Below, in pieces: positions 54,101-63,597 of a DNA stretch of 64,000 nt. The DNA comes from Girardia tigrina (lineage: Eukaryota): the NCBI GenBank assembly GCA_001938485.1, contig MQRK01227496.1, positions 1-64,000 on the forward strand, given 5' to 3'. The stretch's first letter is position 1. Each line of letters starts with the position of its first letter. The notes under the pieces were generated by a model. It had not been told where the DNA came from, did no database searches, and was given only the letters and a program-made list of their open reading frames with translations. Made by a program: the position numbers and the translations under genes.

Positions 54101-57100
54101 ACTAAGTATCCTGTATAGGAGAATAAAATTCATTTGACTTTAAGGGTTTAACGGTTATCGTTCGTTTAGAAGATTTATAGTTTGAAAATTAATAAACTTT
54201 GATCTGATAAACTCTCATCGAATATCCGTTTGTGAATTGAACAATATAAGCTGTGTGCTATTTTGTGTCATTGGAAAATAAAGTTTTTAAAAGAATTTGT
54301 GTTCATTCATTTATATATTTATGTTGGAAGTCCTTTCTGATTAATTGAAGTCAGATTAAAGATTTCAGATTAAAGATTAAAGATTTCAGATTAAAGATTA
54401 CAGATTAAAGATTAAAGATTAAAAAATAAAGATTTGTGTTTGAAACGTAAATATTTAAATTAAAGATAATTTTAATACCCAACACATGTACAATAATCGA
54501 ATTCTTTAAAAGCTTTAACAAAATTATTTTTCAATATATAATAAAAGGAAAATAGTTTTAATTAATCAAAAATGCATTCGAAGTAAACTAAAAATAGTAA
54601 AAGTAAAGGAAAAAGCATATAAAATAAAAACAAAACAAAGGTTTTATTTTCACTTTTCCTTCTCATGTTTTAATGAAAGAGGATTATATTTTCAATTCTT
54701 AAATCTTGTTTTACATAATTTTTGATTTTTTTGGATATATTTTTTTACAAAAATTTATTTACGTTTTTTTACATTCTTTTTTAAAAAAATAAAATTGCAT
54801 ATTTTGACGCAAAATAAACAATTTATTAATGAAGATATTTTGTTTTAACTTTCGAAAGAAAATATTAATGAGAAAAGAACAAAAGAATAAAAGTAATTCT
54901 CATTTTAAAGAGTTAAAAATAAATGTCTACTCTAGTTATTTAAAGTTTTTCATTAATTAATTCTTTGTTTTAAATGAAAAGAAGTAAATTAATCCTTAAA
55001 ATATCTTGAGGGATATCTCAATGTTTCTTACAATAAAGTTTTGTACAATTAAGTTTTGTACGAGGAAAACTGAGTTTTGTAACAAAATATTTGCTGAACA
55101 AAACAGTCTTTCAGTAAAATACAATTTTGTTTCAAATTTGAACCATAAGAAAATTAATTTTATACAGGTTTTTAATTAAATATTTGTTACATTTAAGTTT
55201 TAGACAATAATGATGTATTAGTTATTCAATACAAACTTTATTATAAGTTAATTAATTAATTAATTAATTGGAATTTACAAAAAAAATATATCACAAATAG
55301 ATTCAATTGTAGCGTTTATTATGACCCCCTTGGGCCCTTAAATAAGATTGTGTAAGGGTATATGTCAATAAAATAATAATTATTATTTATTATAATTTAT
55401 ACTTTTTTACTGATTTCATACTGAATAACTTCGATATTAAATCCATACATATTTTTATAAATGCATATAATTGGTAGTAGAGAGTAAAATATGACATCAA
55501 TAAGATCAAAAAACGAACGAAGGATGTATCTGTCTGTACATAAACCCGAGTTATGATATTGGAAAGGAGAACTAGTGATGGATAAACAGTTAATCTGGAA
55601 TTCTCATTTCGACTTTGGGTGGAAGTGTGAACAGAACTTTGAGAAGATCAATAAGAAGATCGTGGACACCAAAATAAAACAAGCAAAATAACGTTGAGTG
55701 ATTTTCAAAAAGCACTGCTTTAACAATCGATTAGCATATTGATGCTTATGGCAGCATATTATCATTTTCAAAATGGTATTTCTATCACAAAACATTGAAA
55801 TAGGTAGTAACAAATACTCACCTAAAAGTTGAAAGGGTAAGCTTTTTCGTAGGTACCCATTTAACAAGAAGATTTAATAATATCACTTTTTTGATAGAAT
55901 GCCCTTAAAGTGGTATTAAGAACACCAACATGGGTTTTCAAACTTTTATTTTCATTACAATCAGAATTGTCTTTTGGACAACTCTCAGCAAAACTCTCGT
56001 CATTCGACATCGTTCTAAATTGATAANNNNNNNNNNNNNNNNNNNNNNNNNNNNNNNNNNNNNNNNNNNNNNNNNNNNNNNNNNNNNNNNNNNNNNNNNN
56101 NNNNNNNNNNNNNNNNNNNNNNNNNNNNNNNNNNNNNNNNNNNNNNNNNNNNNNNNNNNNNNNNNTTTTATGTAAAGAAAGAACATTTAATTAATTCAAA
56201 ACTTAGTTAAAACTATTTATTTTATTTAAATTTTAATATGAAAATTTGAAAAGATTTAATATTTTTAATGTTTTTAAATATCTTTTAAAATGTAAATTAT
56301 ACTCGAATAATTATTTATCGTGAACATCCAAAATATCAATTTTCCATCTGGGTGGGAGAAACACATTTCTAAATACTAAACTCAACATACAAAATTCAAC
56401 AAACCAATTTCAACATACCAAATTTAAATATTCCTCACAAGTGGGGAGTTAAGAAAGCATAAACACAGTTCAATCCTGCGGTTCTTTAAGCATCTAGATT
56501 GTAAAGTTCCTGCTTTTGCAAGATGTGTATTTGATTCGTCATAAGATCTAGTTGACTTACTAGGTGAAATGTGACCCACAGCAAAACCATTAACTTTTAG
56601 CAGTTGTGAGGAATATTTTGAATGTTTGATGTTTTGTGTTTGAATGTGTATGTTGATTGGGAATTGTGTCTCTCCTACCCAGATGGATGATTAATATTTT
56701 AATTCTTATTATCTAAAAATATGTAATGTTTAAATTTATTTTTAATTTAAAATAATTTTAAAATTTTAAATAAGTTAATTAATTTTTACAATTTTTAATA
56801 AATAAATCAAATTAATATTTTTTAAATAATTCATTATCATTTTAATTATTATCCAATAAGTTTTGAGTAAATATTTTAATAAAATATTTATTTCTCCATT
56901 TGCTAAAAAAATTATAAGAATTAATTCAATAATCAATTTAGTTTAGAATGCAATTGTACGAAAGCTTTCACGAAAATTGTCTTCAGGACAATCCAAATTG
57001 TAGTTTAAATAAAAATATGAAAACTCAAATTGGTGTTCTTAATAGCAGTATAAAACCTTATCTGATGTCTGCTTGAGGACCATGCATGGGATTACTTTTC

Positions 57101-60100
57101 AGCTTCAAAAAATTTAGATAGGATGTGTGAGAACTTGACCTGAAGTCCACACCCGTAGTCTAATAAGCCTGATTACTGTATCGTACCTCAAATGGTACTG
57201 GTCCCGAGACATTCATTGATATCGGTAAGTAATAAAAAATGTATACTTTATTTATAAGTGCAAGAAATCTCTAAACTGTATCATCTGCGTCATGATCCTT
57301 TTATTCACATAATTGTCACTTATGATGAAGCGTAGATATACTTTAACAATCTAGTCAATGTTGGCGATCAGATCACAAAACGGGATCAATTCTAAAGGAA
57401 GATTTTTAGTGTGTTTTGTTGAATTTCAAAAGTTTAAATCACATCAAGCTACTTTTAAATGATTGAATTATTGATGTTTACCATTATTGAGCTCAGCTTG
57501 ATCAAATTTATCAGTGCCTTGTGCGTGCTTGTGATACCTCATTTTAGCAAACGGACTGTGTTCGATGTTTTCACATGCGTGTACTTCATTCTCTTTATTT
57601 CTTTTGGATGTCCTTGCTTGCATTTGTTATTTATCTTTTTTTGTGGGTGTCTTCACGTTTGTTGTTGTCTTGCACATGTGTCGATGTATTAACCACAGTG
57701 ATTATATTTTTTTATTTTATATGAAGTAGATTATTTGTGTTGTGTTTATATATATATATATTTTTATATCGTTTTATTTTGTGTTTATCGGGAAAGAGAC
57801 AAAATCGAAAAACCCCCGAAAGAAAAATTTGAAGCAGATAAAATATCATAATCGCAAGAAAATTAATTTATGAACGAAAGAAAAAATAATCAAGGAAATG
57901 AATACAATCATTGAAAGACAGAAAGAAAGATTGAAAGAAGAGACAAATTATTATTTTATTAAAATTAATTATGCAATTTGAATTCGAATTACAATTCGAA
58001 TTGAAATTGATTGATAATTAATATTTTCATGACGATTAATAATTATGAATTCATAATTACGAATTTACTTACCAATTTATTCGACAATTTATTTGACAAT
58101 TTACTTGACAATTTCCGGCGTATTTACTTATTATTAATCAAAAACTAATTATTATTAATCCAAAGGATATCTGCCCAATATCTAGTTGATCGGTTACTCC
58201 TAACAAATTTGCTGACGATATTTATTTGTATAAATTGACTGATAAAGTTTATTTGAGAACGATTGTTTTGGTCAGAGATTAATTTTTCTGCTATGAATTA
58301 TATAGTTTTCGAGTCTGTTGTTCTTATTTTCCTATTAATAGTTAGAGTATGTTAAGTACCGATTAAATTAATCAAACCGCCAGGAAATTGAATAGATTTG
58401 ATTAGTTTAGTCTAGCCTCTATCTTAATCAAATTTTTTCTATAATTTAAGTGAGTTAAAAATATCGAAATCGGTTCCCAAACCAGAACTATACGAAAAGG
58501 AACCTTTCTCTTTTCTGATCAGTGGTAGCCGAATTTGATATTTTACAGTGCTCTTCTGACACAATAACACTTAAAACCGAATACAAACCGCCAAACCCAA
58601 GGAGGAATAACGCTTGACGCCATTGAACTATTTTAACATCCAGCTTATATTTCGTACCCTGTCCGTTCATTAGTACCAAGAAAAAAGGGAAACAAAAAGA
58701 TTATGGTTTATATGAGAAAAGAATTCTAGAATACCCCTAATGGAGTTCTTCTTTTTAAAATTTTTTATTTTCGAATTTTGACGTCCACAAAATTTTCTTT
58801 TGACAGAAAAAAAATTTAAAAACCGATTTTAATTTTTACTCATATTTTTGTTAGAATTATTTCTGTCTAAGATCTCTTTTATATTTTCCATCGCATTTTA
58901 TTAATAATAATATAATCAAAAAATTATCTATCCATTTAACGTTTTATTATTCATAGGTTGATTAATAATTTATAAGAACATAAAACAAATAAAAAAAACA
59001 ATGTCCCTAAAAACAATTGCCATTTTCATTAATAAATGAATCTATGGAAAATTAATAAGCTCAAAATATAAAGGAAAAAAAACCTTAGAAAAAAATATTA
59101 AAATAAATATTAAAATTATCGACATAGGAGAAATATAATTATTTTTTTAATAAACAAAAAAAATATATCCAAAAACGTAAGTGAAAAAATAGAAAAAACG
59201 AAAAATTGATTTTTTGCAGGTAAATAAAAATAATATTGATAAAAATAATAATATTTTAAACAAGTCTTTCGACATTTGAAAGACAATAATTGTGGCAATA
59301 AAATTTAGCAAATATCGTTTCTACAGATCATTATCATCCTCTTCCTCCTCCTGCTCATCCTCACTCATCCTCATCACTCATCAACCATTCATTAGTCCAA
59401 TGAATTATTTAATTCTCACCCAACCAACACACGATATCTAATTGAAATGGTATTATATGCTTTAATCATCTGAAAGGAGCGGTAATTAATCAACCTCTAT
59501 TCCCAGGATGGTTCCCGCACGAAGCAGCTTCACGAGCGAGGAAGAAACACTCGTTTTCAATTGCATTTAATACAATCAATGCTTTCCTGACCAGGAGGAA
59601 TTTAATCAATAAGTTTTCCTCTACAATTCCATACTTAATCAATCAATTAATAATCAATAAAAATTAATTAACTAATTAATTAATCAGAATTTTATCACAA
59701 TGACCAATTGTCGAATTAAAGGATATCAATATTCGTATTTTGATTCCATTTAAATATGATTTAATTATATTTTTTGATTTTTATTTTTCAAAAAAATAAT
59801 CGATATTTAAATATGGAAATTATTTATTTATTTATTTATTTCAGAAATATAAAAATAAAGGAATTTATAAATATTTATTTATTAAATTAATTTTTTTAAT
59901 AATTATTTTAATTTTTTTTTATAAAGAAAGAAAAAAAAATATTTTTTATAATAATTTTTGTTTCTGTTTACAAAAAAAATTTCTGCCAAAAATAAATTAT
60001 TTAATCAATAAATTCTGTGTTTTTTTTGTTTTCTTTTGCAATTTTTATTTCTCGTTTTAATTTATTTCTAATCAATAAAAGTTAATTAATTTACTAATTA

Positions 60101-63100
60101 AGAAGTATTTTTTTAATAAACAATTGTTTAATAACAGTTTTCAGTTAATAGGTTTTTGTTTTTTCGTTAATTATAAATTGAAACGCTATTAATTATTATT
60201 AATTATAAGGAAAAAAGAAAGATCTTTTATATAATGAGGAAAAAGAATTTTTTTCATAATATTGAAAGAAATATGTTTTTCGCATTTTGTTTTATTTTTT
60301 TCTTTAAGGGTTATATTCTTTATCGGACCGACATGCGATTAAATATTTGGAATATTTAATCAATTTAATATAATTATTTAATTGATTTATAATATATTTG
60401 TCTAAAGTGTTAGTTTATTTGTTTTTTTTCGTACACACTGTGAGGAATATTTTAAATTGTTTAAATGTGTAAATGTATTGATGCTGTATATTGATTTAAG
60501 TATGTTGAATTTAGAATGGTGATTCTCCCACCCAGATGAAAATTGGTATTTTTTATTAAGTTTAAAGGATTGACTATTCGAATATAATTAAAATAATCAT
60601 TTTATAAGTTCATATTTTTAATTTAACAATTAAAATTAAGTTTAATATTTTTTGGTAAAATTTAAATTAAATGTATTTTTAATAATTTGATGACATTTTT
60701 ATTATTTTGGGATTTATTGAGAAATGAAAAAATTTATTATTTTTAATTAATATTAATTAATATATTTTAAAAAATGACTTAGAAAAATTGTTTGAATAAT
60801 CATAATTAAAAATAAAAATGAGAAAATCAATTAGAATGATGACAAATGATGAAAGACTTTCTAGAGTCATAATGTTTCTAGATGTGATTGTAATAAAAGT
60901 TCAAATGCGACTTGTCTAAATGTTCTTAATATGGCGACACACGACCACGTGACAGCAATTATCAAGGGACCGGAGACATTCGATGGGTCAGAAGTAAAAT
61001 TAGAAGAATTCCTAATAAGCTTTGAGAGATATTCAAAGATTTTTGGATTTAAGGAAGAAAGAAAAGCGATATTAGTTACAGTATTCATGACTTCCGAGGC
61101 GATAAACAAATATGAGAAAACACAAGGAGACAACTGGGAAACAAGAATAAGAAGTGCATTCTCTAAAGATAGAAATATTTTTGAAATAATAAAGGAGCAT
61201 GTAGAGATTAGAATCGGGGATAAAAATCCATCAGAAGTATTTAAAAAGATTGATGAACTAGTGGAAAAATGAGTTGAGAAAAATGTAGGAAAAAAGGAAT
61301 TTTCAGATCTAGCGTACGCCAACGCCATCGAAGATAGAGAAGTAAGAAGAGAAATAACTCTGAGAAATGCTCCAAAAGCAGAAGATATAAAAAATATCCA
61401 GGAGAAAATTTACGAATTTGAATTGAAAGACAGGAATATAAGAGTAGACGCGTACACGACAAAGTAAAATAAAGAATGGAAGAAAGTAGAATATAGAACA
61501 AGAAGACTGAAACCAAGATACGAAGAGAGAAAGTACGAAGAACCAAGAAGAAATTTTAAAGCGAGAAGGATCATATGTCGAGCCTACCATGAAGAAGAAC
61601 ATGTGAGACGGGAATACCAAATGTTAAATGCAACCATTGTAACAAGAGAGGGCATGTAAGAACACAATGTTATGAGAATCCAAACAGATTTACAGAACGC
61701 GAACAATCTGGAAGAGAAGATACAAGGAATAGAAGAAATGAACGAAAAGAATACACAAACACACAATACAGAGGTCGGATAGGATATACGAATAGAAGAG
61801 ACCAAGTAACAGAATTAGAATACTCCGATGACGAGTGGGAAAGAATGTCGGAAAGATCGAATAATAAAAGAGGAAGTCTAACAAGAAGAGTAAATATTAC
61901 AAACAAGAAAATTTCAGAGACGAACCGCGAAACGAGGAGGCACGGTCACAGGGAGAAGTGATCAGTGCACTTCACTAAGAAACGAATGTATGCGTATGTT
62001 TGACTGTGAGAATGATTGTTTGTATGATGACGTATGCTGTGTAGGGGATGCTGTTGAAAATATTCATCAAGAATTATGTATATTAGATGGTAAAAACGAA
62101 ATACACAATGATAAAAAAAGAGTTCCTTAAGACGTTCAAAAAAACAAAGGATTTAGAATTTTACTCTCAAAATTATCAGATTTACATCTGAGAGAAAATT
62201 TACAATATCTACAACGATACGTATATGTTAATAATTCATGAAGCTCATAATTCCAATATAATTCATAAAAATGCTTAAATTGCTAGGTCATGTGTGAATT
62301 GAAAAAAACTTTAAATGCTATGAACTGAAAATTCTTTTGGCCAGATACGACAACAGATATAAAAAATCACGTTACTTAACCTGAAGCCTTTCGAGAATTA
62401 CAGACGAAAACACTCGCAAATAAAGGTCATCTATAAATATTTTTTGTAAATCAATCATTTGAAATGTTTGAAAAAGAAAAAAAATTATGGTCCTTTTCAT
62501 TGTACTAAAGATGGACATTTTTTTAGGCATCATTGTCTACTTTTCAAAATATCTGTCTCTAATTCATATTAAGAAAATATATTTGAATACGATTAACACA
62601 TTGAATACTGAGTACGAGATATCTCGTAATTTAACGTTATATGCCTGCCGCGCGGCAGTAAACTTTTTTGTCCCACGCGTTTAGACGTTCGGTGCATCAA
62701 CAGCAGTCAATGTGTTAAGAAAATTAGTCCTTACAGGACCAACAAATATTGGAATGTGGGAAACCAGAAAAGATTAACTCAAATATAGTTAATTTTTCGA
62801 TAAAAATTCAGAATTTATTTTGTTTCAATAACAATAGTAAAATGTTTTTGTTACGAATAAATATTTTGTAAAAACTTCACTCTAATTTTAATGAAGTATT
62901 TAACAATTATGTATGTATGACGTTATTAAAATAGATTGATATAAATGGTCATTTAAATTTTATTTTACCTCTTTCTAAATTGTTTATGTTCAAACCATAA
63001 ATTTTAAAATATTTTTTGATGCTAATTCAAGAACAATTAACTGAATATTAATTATTGAATATTAATTCATTTGAATTATTTGATTTTATAATTTCATATT

Positions 63101-63383
63101 ATTAACCATTTTCAATTTAAATGGTTAAAATTATCAATTTATTAAAAAATAATTATTATTATGAATAATTGCTTAGTAACCAAAATTTAATTAAATTATA
63201 TATTTTTTTCAATTTGGACTTACATTGCCTTCTCCTCTTCCTTTTGTGTAAATTCCGTTTATTATTTTTATGGATTTGAAATCCACTTGAATCCATTCTT
63301 TGATATCTGTGCCGACTCTTTTGTTTGGGCACCAGGCGTTACCATTATCCGGTTGGGAATTGGATCGGAAGATGTAGAGGAGT
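5096..63383 (-). CDS. DDR: Discoidin domain receptor (DDR)-like single-pass membrane protein gene, partial, 8 reconstructed exons; 5' end outside the window, 3' end unresolved
   Basis: Exons 63383-63224, 49961-49872, 49820-49670, 45949-45683, 44201-43929, 41438-41304, 26552-26322 and 5407-5096 all have AG/GT boundaries, with junction phases 0,0,1,1,1,1,1 that match. The translation follows DDR order: AWCP...TKGR...EF...[12 protein letters not shown]...GLGLLTD...FIGW...[15 protein letters not shown], stalk, TM, cytoplasmic tail. Confidence 0.9.
9883..10398 (-). mobile_element. Tigger/pogo transposase 5' fragment (psq-HTH + CENP-B HTH)
   Basis: [10 protein letters not shown]...KEKA...[14 protein letters not shown]...GEAA...QIF, truncated before the DDE domain. 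Confidence 0.85.
10750..11000 (-). repeat. Dispersed repeat with palindromic ctcactctgattg..ccaatgagagtgag core, copy 1
   Basis: Core at 10868-10902; the reverse complement aligns by eye with 15470-15700 and the core recurs at 49175-49208. Confidence 0.6.
12054..13537 (+). mobile_element. Full-length mariner, cecropia-subfamily-like, inactive
   Basis: Perfect 30-bp TIR ttaggttggtcgaaaaataatggcggtttt, [32 protein letters not shown](V). Frameshift near 12905 and third catalytic D replaced by V. Confidence 0.95.
13575..13680. repeat. (AAT)n microsatellite
   Basis: Direct reading. Confidence 0.95.
14390..15293 (-). mobile_element. Tigger/pogo deletion derivative
   Basis: TA-cagtctcccctcgttaaaccgcc terminus. 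Minus-strand C-terminal remnant ...[17 protein letters not shown]...[11 protein letters not shown]. Other end approximate. Confidence 0.55.
15470..15700 (+). repeat. Palindromic-core dispersed repeat, copy 2
   Basis: gctcacttttattagtccgccaatcagagcaagttattt followed by taatcgctcgatagctcg..gacactcaatgg, homologous to the 10.8-kb copy. Confidence 0.6.
16812..17023. mobile_element. piggyBac-type MITE, 212 bp
   Basis: TTAA|ccctgcagtgctaac ... gttagccctggaggg|TTAA. Confidence 0.85.
18582..19025 (+). mobile_element. 5S rRNA-derived SINE (SINE3 type)
   Basis: 120-nt 5S-like head (gatctcgtccgatctc, A-box agtcaagcaacc, gttagtactt, C-box-like tgggtgacc), ~320-nt body, A-tail and 12-bp TSD aattcaatttta (18570-18581 / 19026-19037). 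Confidence 0.9.
19830..19975 (+). mobile_element. Tigger/pogo CENP-B-domain remnant
   Basis: [30 protein letters not shown] resembles 'FKASNGWLERWK.R..I.FR.I.GE'. Confidence 0.6.
19980..21455. mobile_element. Long terminal fragment of a Maverick/Polinton-like element
   Basis: Ends ...cccccgggggggttgg...catttttcccttact, the same terminus as the 25.7-kb element. Rich in ggttaccatgg-type palindromes, with 21-bp tandem units at 20095-20157. Left boundary approximate. Confidence 0.5.
22437..23694 (-). mobile_element. Full-length mariner, mellifera-subfamily-like, inactive
   Basis: ~30-bp TIR ttggattgttcggaaagtcatttcg with [48 protein letters not shown]. Stops and frameshifts present. Confidence 0.93.
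24040..24763 (+). mobile_element. Highly degenerate mariner remnant
   Basis: [14 protein letters not shown]...LIDS...TRKI resembles mariner 'SLKDAPRSGRPVEV..IKALI...TTREIA'. Confidence 0.55.
25186..25734. mobile_element. Non-autonomous TIR element, Maverick/Polinton-like miniature (Academ is the alternative)
   Basis: ~36-bp TIR agtaggggaaaaatgcgggttctcacccaccccccc. AG...CT termini flanked by the 6-bp duplication atgctt. Internal 21-bp tandem array. Confidence 0.65.
25360..25642. repeat. 21-bp minisatellite (gaccgttgctatggtgatcgY)n, partly in a gap
   Basis: At least 6 visible units. Confidence 0.85.
26322..26552 (-). CDS. DDR: DDR-like exon, transmembrane helix and basic stop-transfer
   Basis: 231 bp, phase 1/1, ttttcag...gttagt. 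[24 protein letters not shown] followed by [10 protein letters not shown]. Confidence 0.85.
26753..29057 (+). mobile_element. Degenerate Chapaev3 (CMC) DNA transposon
   Basis: [26 protein letters not shown]...[34 protein letters not shown] motifs. Right end ...ttgttggacagtg|TAA; left TAA|tccaaca has lost the terminal cactg. Confidence 0.88.
29890..30415 (-). mobile_element. 5' fragment of an RLE-clade (R2/NeSL-type) non-LTR retrotransposon, N-terminal C2H2 finger
   Basis: Low-complexity N-terminus, then [26 protein letters not shown]; frameshifted afterwards. Clade assignment inferred. Confidence 0.45.
31017..31310 (+). repeat. Dispersed, possibly LTR-type repeat; second copy at 56440-57170
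   Basis: gggagttaag..agcata.acacag.tcaatcct...tagattgtaaagttc...cagcaaaaccat...tctgatgtctg shared by both copies. Confidence 0.7.
32880..33240 (-). mobile_element. Penelope-like RT C-terminal remnant
   Basis: [30 protein letters not shown]...ETK...RK resembles PLE 'LN..H.NI.FT.E.E....FLD....T..YRK'. Confidence 0.8.
33520..34400 (+). mobile_element. Penelope-like element 3' part: RT thumb, GIY-YIG endonuclease, pLTR
   Basis: [28 protein letters not shown] and [15 protein letters not shown], followed by a hammerhead-like core at 34333-34363. Confidence 0.88.
34325..34370 (+). ncRNA. Degenerate Penelope-type hammerhead ribozyme core
   Basis: CTGAAGA-t-gacgg(tagat)ccgtc-GAAA-tata directly after the GIY-YIG ORF; stem I is poorly paired. 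Confidence 0.55.
34659..35404 (-). mobile_element. hAT (Buster/Charlie-type) deletion derivative
   Basis: caggggaggccag ... tttggacatgtctg ends, gagccgca subterminal motifs, 8-bp TSD ttctagct/tactagct. Minus-strand remnant [17 protein letters not shown]. Confidence 0.75.
35195..35294. mobile_element. 100-bp mariner-type MITE nested in the hAT element
   Basis: TA|ttaggtgtacaactaattaatttcgt ... acgaaattaattagttgtacacccaa|TA (26-bp TIR, 1 mismatch). Confidence 0.88.
36867..38527. mobile_element. Non-autonomous element with ~100-bp TIRs (CACTA-like end), interrupted by a Tc1/mariner
   Basis: 36867-36964 is the inverted copy of ~38429-38527; right end ...ttttagtg. Confidence 0.7.
36965..38089 (-). 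mobile_element. Tc1/mariner element (CAGGGTG TIR), interior mostly assembly gap
   Basis: TA|cagggtgcggcagctatttgagaaca ... tgttctcaaatagctgctgcaccctg|TA. Possible ORF start MAEATLTN on the minus strand. Confidence 0.85.
40211..40651. mobile_element. hAT non-autonomous element, 441 bp
   Basis: TIR cagaagcgtcgctagg / cctagcgacgtcactg, perfect 8-bp TSD aataaaag, ggtgacac subterminal motifs. Confidence 0.9.
41304..41438 (-). CDS. DDR: DDR-like exon, extracellular stalk
   Basis: 135 bp, phase 1/1, tttag...gtaatt. Open frame [48 protein letters not shown]-richer island in the expected position; no conserved motif. Confidence 0.7.
41550..42650 (-). mobile_element. 5'-truncated NeSL/Utopia-type non-LTR retrotransposon (RLE domain + 3' UTR)
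   Basis: Stop-free LLDIKTPYD...[12 protein letters not shown]...[14 protein letters not shown]...[19 protein letters not shown]...* (stop at 41777). The 3' UTR recurs at 63790-64000. Confidence 0.88.
43929..44201 (-). CDS. DDR: DDR-like exon, DS-like domain part 2
   Basis: 273 bp, phase 1/1, acceptor tttatctttcag. Begins (T)[11 protein letters not shown] (DDR2 'IRNFTTMKVH') and ends [12 protein letters not shown] (DDR 'WLLFSEISF'). Confidence 0.9.
45683..45949 (-). CDS. DDR: DDR-like exon, DS-like domain part 1
   Basis: 267 bp, phase 1/1. DSPKTYS...DRYYDG...NGLGLLTD...YFIGW...IHFYYEK resembles 'SY..P.G...DSTYDG...GLGQL.DG...YVGW...EFEFD'. Confidence 0.9.
46303..46769 (-). mobile_element. 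Gypsy solo LTR, older copy
   Basis: Homologous to the 55.9, 56.6 and 60.4-kb LTRs (atgggtggaagaaacac motif, tgtgtggaat start). Flanks atact/attct match 4/5. Confidence 0.7.
48381..48632 (+). pseudogene. PPIH: Cyclophilin H (PPIH) fragment, intronless, in-frame internal deletion, 3'-truncated
   Basis: [53 protein letters not shown]|[16 protein letters not shown]. The GGQ and CTGE.RKD.VPIG motifs are PPIH-typical; the YKG..FHR...GGDF segment is missing. Confidence 0.9.
48657..48704 (+). pseudogene. PPP-family Ser/Thr phosphatase motif fragment
   Basis: [15 protein letters not shown] resembles PP1 'ELEAPLKICGDIHGQY', in the same frame as the PPIH fragment. Confidence 0.65.
49130..49240 (+). 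repeat. Palindromic-core dispersed repeat, copy 3
   Basis: acttgctctaattggccagccaatcatagcgagtcattt. Confidence 0.5.
49670..49820 (-). CDS. DDR: DDR-like exon, DS domain C-terminus
   Basis: Follows a 51-bp intron; 151 bp. [50 protein letters not shown] resembles 'PPMVARLVRFYP...VCLRVELYGC'. Confidence 0.9.
49872..49961 (-). CDS. DDR: DDR-like exon, DS domain middle
   Basis: 90 bp, phase 0/0, tttcag...gtaaaa. [30 protein letters not shown] resembles DDR 'KEFSRSYRLRYSRDG..W..W'. Not in the ORF track. Confidence 0.88.
51125..51250 (+). mobile_element. FLYWCH-like (MULE) transposase remnant
   Basis: [12 protein letters not shown] / YMFNFDK...RWR, frameshifted. Confidence 0.4.
51280..51586 (-). 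mobile_element. Helitron/Helentron-type non-autonomous element end with (GTTT)n
   Basis: gacaaacaaacaaacaaaccaacatacttt...tattatatatatatatataag layout, typical of DINE/HINE-like ends. Confidence 0.4.
52060..53600 (+). mobile_element. Degenerate piggyBac transposase (PGBD3-like)
   Basis: [17 protein letters not shown]...[15 protein letters not shown]...[35 protein letters not shown]-terminal DGVGHF...RCQCENC. Confidence 0.85.
52284..52406. mobile_element. 123-bp hAT MITE nested in piggyBac
   Basis: cagggctgcggagtcgg ... ccgacaccgcagtcatg, perfect 8-bp TSD gttaatat, ggagtc repeats. Confidence 0.88.
54352..54434. repeat. 7-bp minisatellite (agattaa/agatttc)n
   Basis: About 11 units, direct reading. 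Confidence 0.85.
55914..56439 (-). mobile_element. Gypsy solo LTR
   Basis: tgtgaggaat...ggtgttcttaata on the minus strand; 5-bp TSD agtgg (55909-55913 / 56440-56444). Confidence 0.9.
56605..57044 (+). mobile_element. Gypsy solo LTR
   Basis: tgtgaggaat...ggtgttcttaata; 5-bp TSD gcagt (56600-56604 / 57045-57049). Confidence 0.92.
60439..62470 (+). mobile_element. Truncated Gypsy LTR retrotransposon: 5' LTR (60439-60931), PBS, broken gag with two zinc knuckles, integrase remnant
   Basis: LTR of the same family, then tggcgac. Gag PETFDG...FL..FERY; knuckles [14 protein letters not shown] and [15 protein letters not shown]; integrase Zn-finger remnant GHV..EKT...FFWP at ~62290-62370. Protease/RT/RNaseH and 3' LTR not seen. 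Confidence 0.88.
62597..62714. mobile_element. 118-bp piggyBac-type MITE
   Basis: TTAA|cacattgaatactg ... cagcagtcaatgtg|TTAA. Confidence 0.75.
63224..63383 (-). CDS. DDR: DDR-like exon, discoidin (DS) domain N-terminal part
   Basis: Acceptor ttcag, donor gtaagt. [54 protein letters not shown] matches DDR 'GAWCP...EYLQVDL...VGTQGR'. Confidence 0.92.
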
Positions 63384-63544
63384 CTGAATAATTTCAATTA
63401 ATCGGTGAAATATATTCAACATGAAAGAAATTTAATTTTGTAAATTATCCGTACAAATATTTTAAAAAAAAGAATAAAATGCAAGGTTTTCATTATCAAA
63501 TTATTATTTTTTATGACGACTAAACGATATATTTTATTTTATAA

Positions 63545-63547
<3 letters not shown>

Positions 63548-63594
<47 letters not shown>
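63548..63594. repeat. (TA)n microsatellite
   Basis: Direct reading; shorter tracts at ~16146, 33457 and 48123. Confidence 0.95.

Positions 63595-63597
<3 letters not shown>

Noticed and set aside
57340-59720. Possible large LTR or leader region; similar stretch at 38540-39900
   Set aside because: Composition is LTR-like but no TSD, paired LTR or coding motif could be fixed.
60867-61906. Several minus-strand hydrophobic ORFs
   Set aside because: Antisense shadows of the purine-rich gag sequence.
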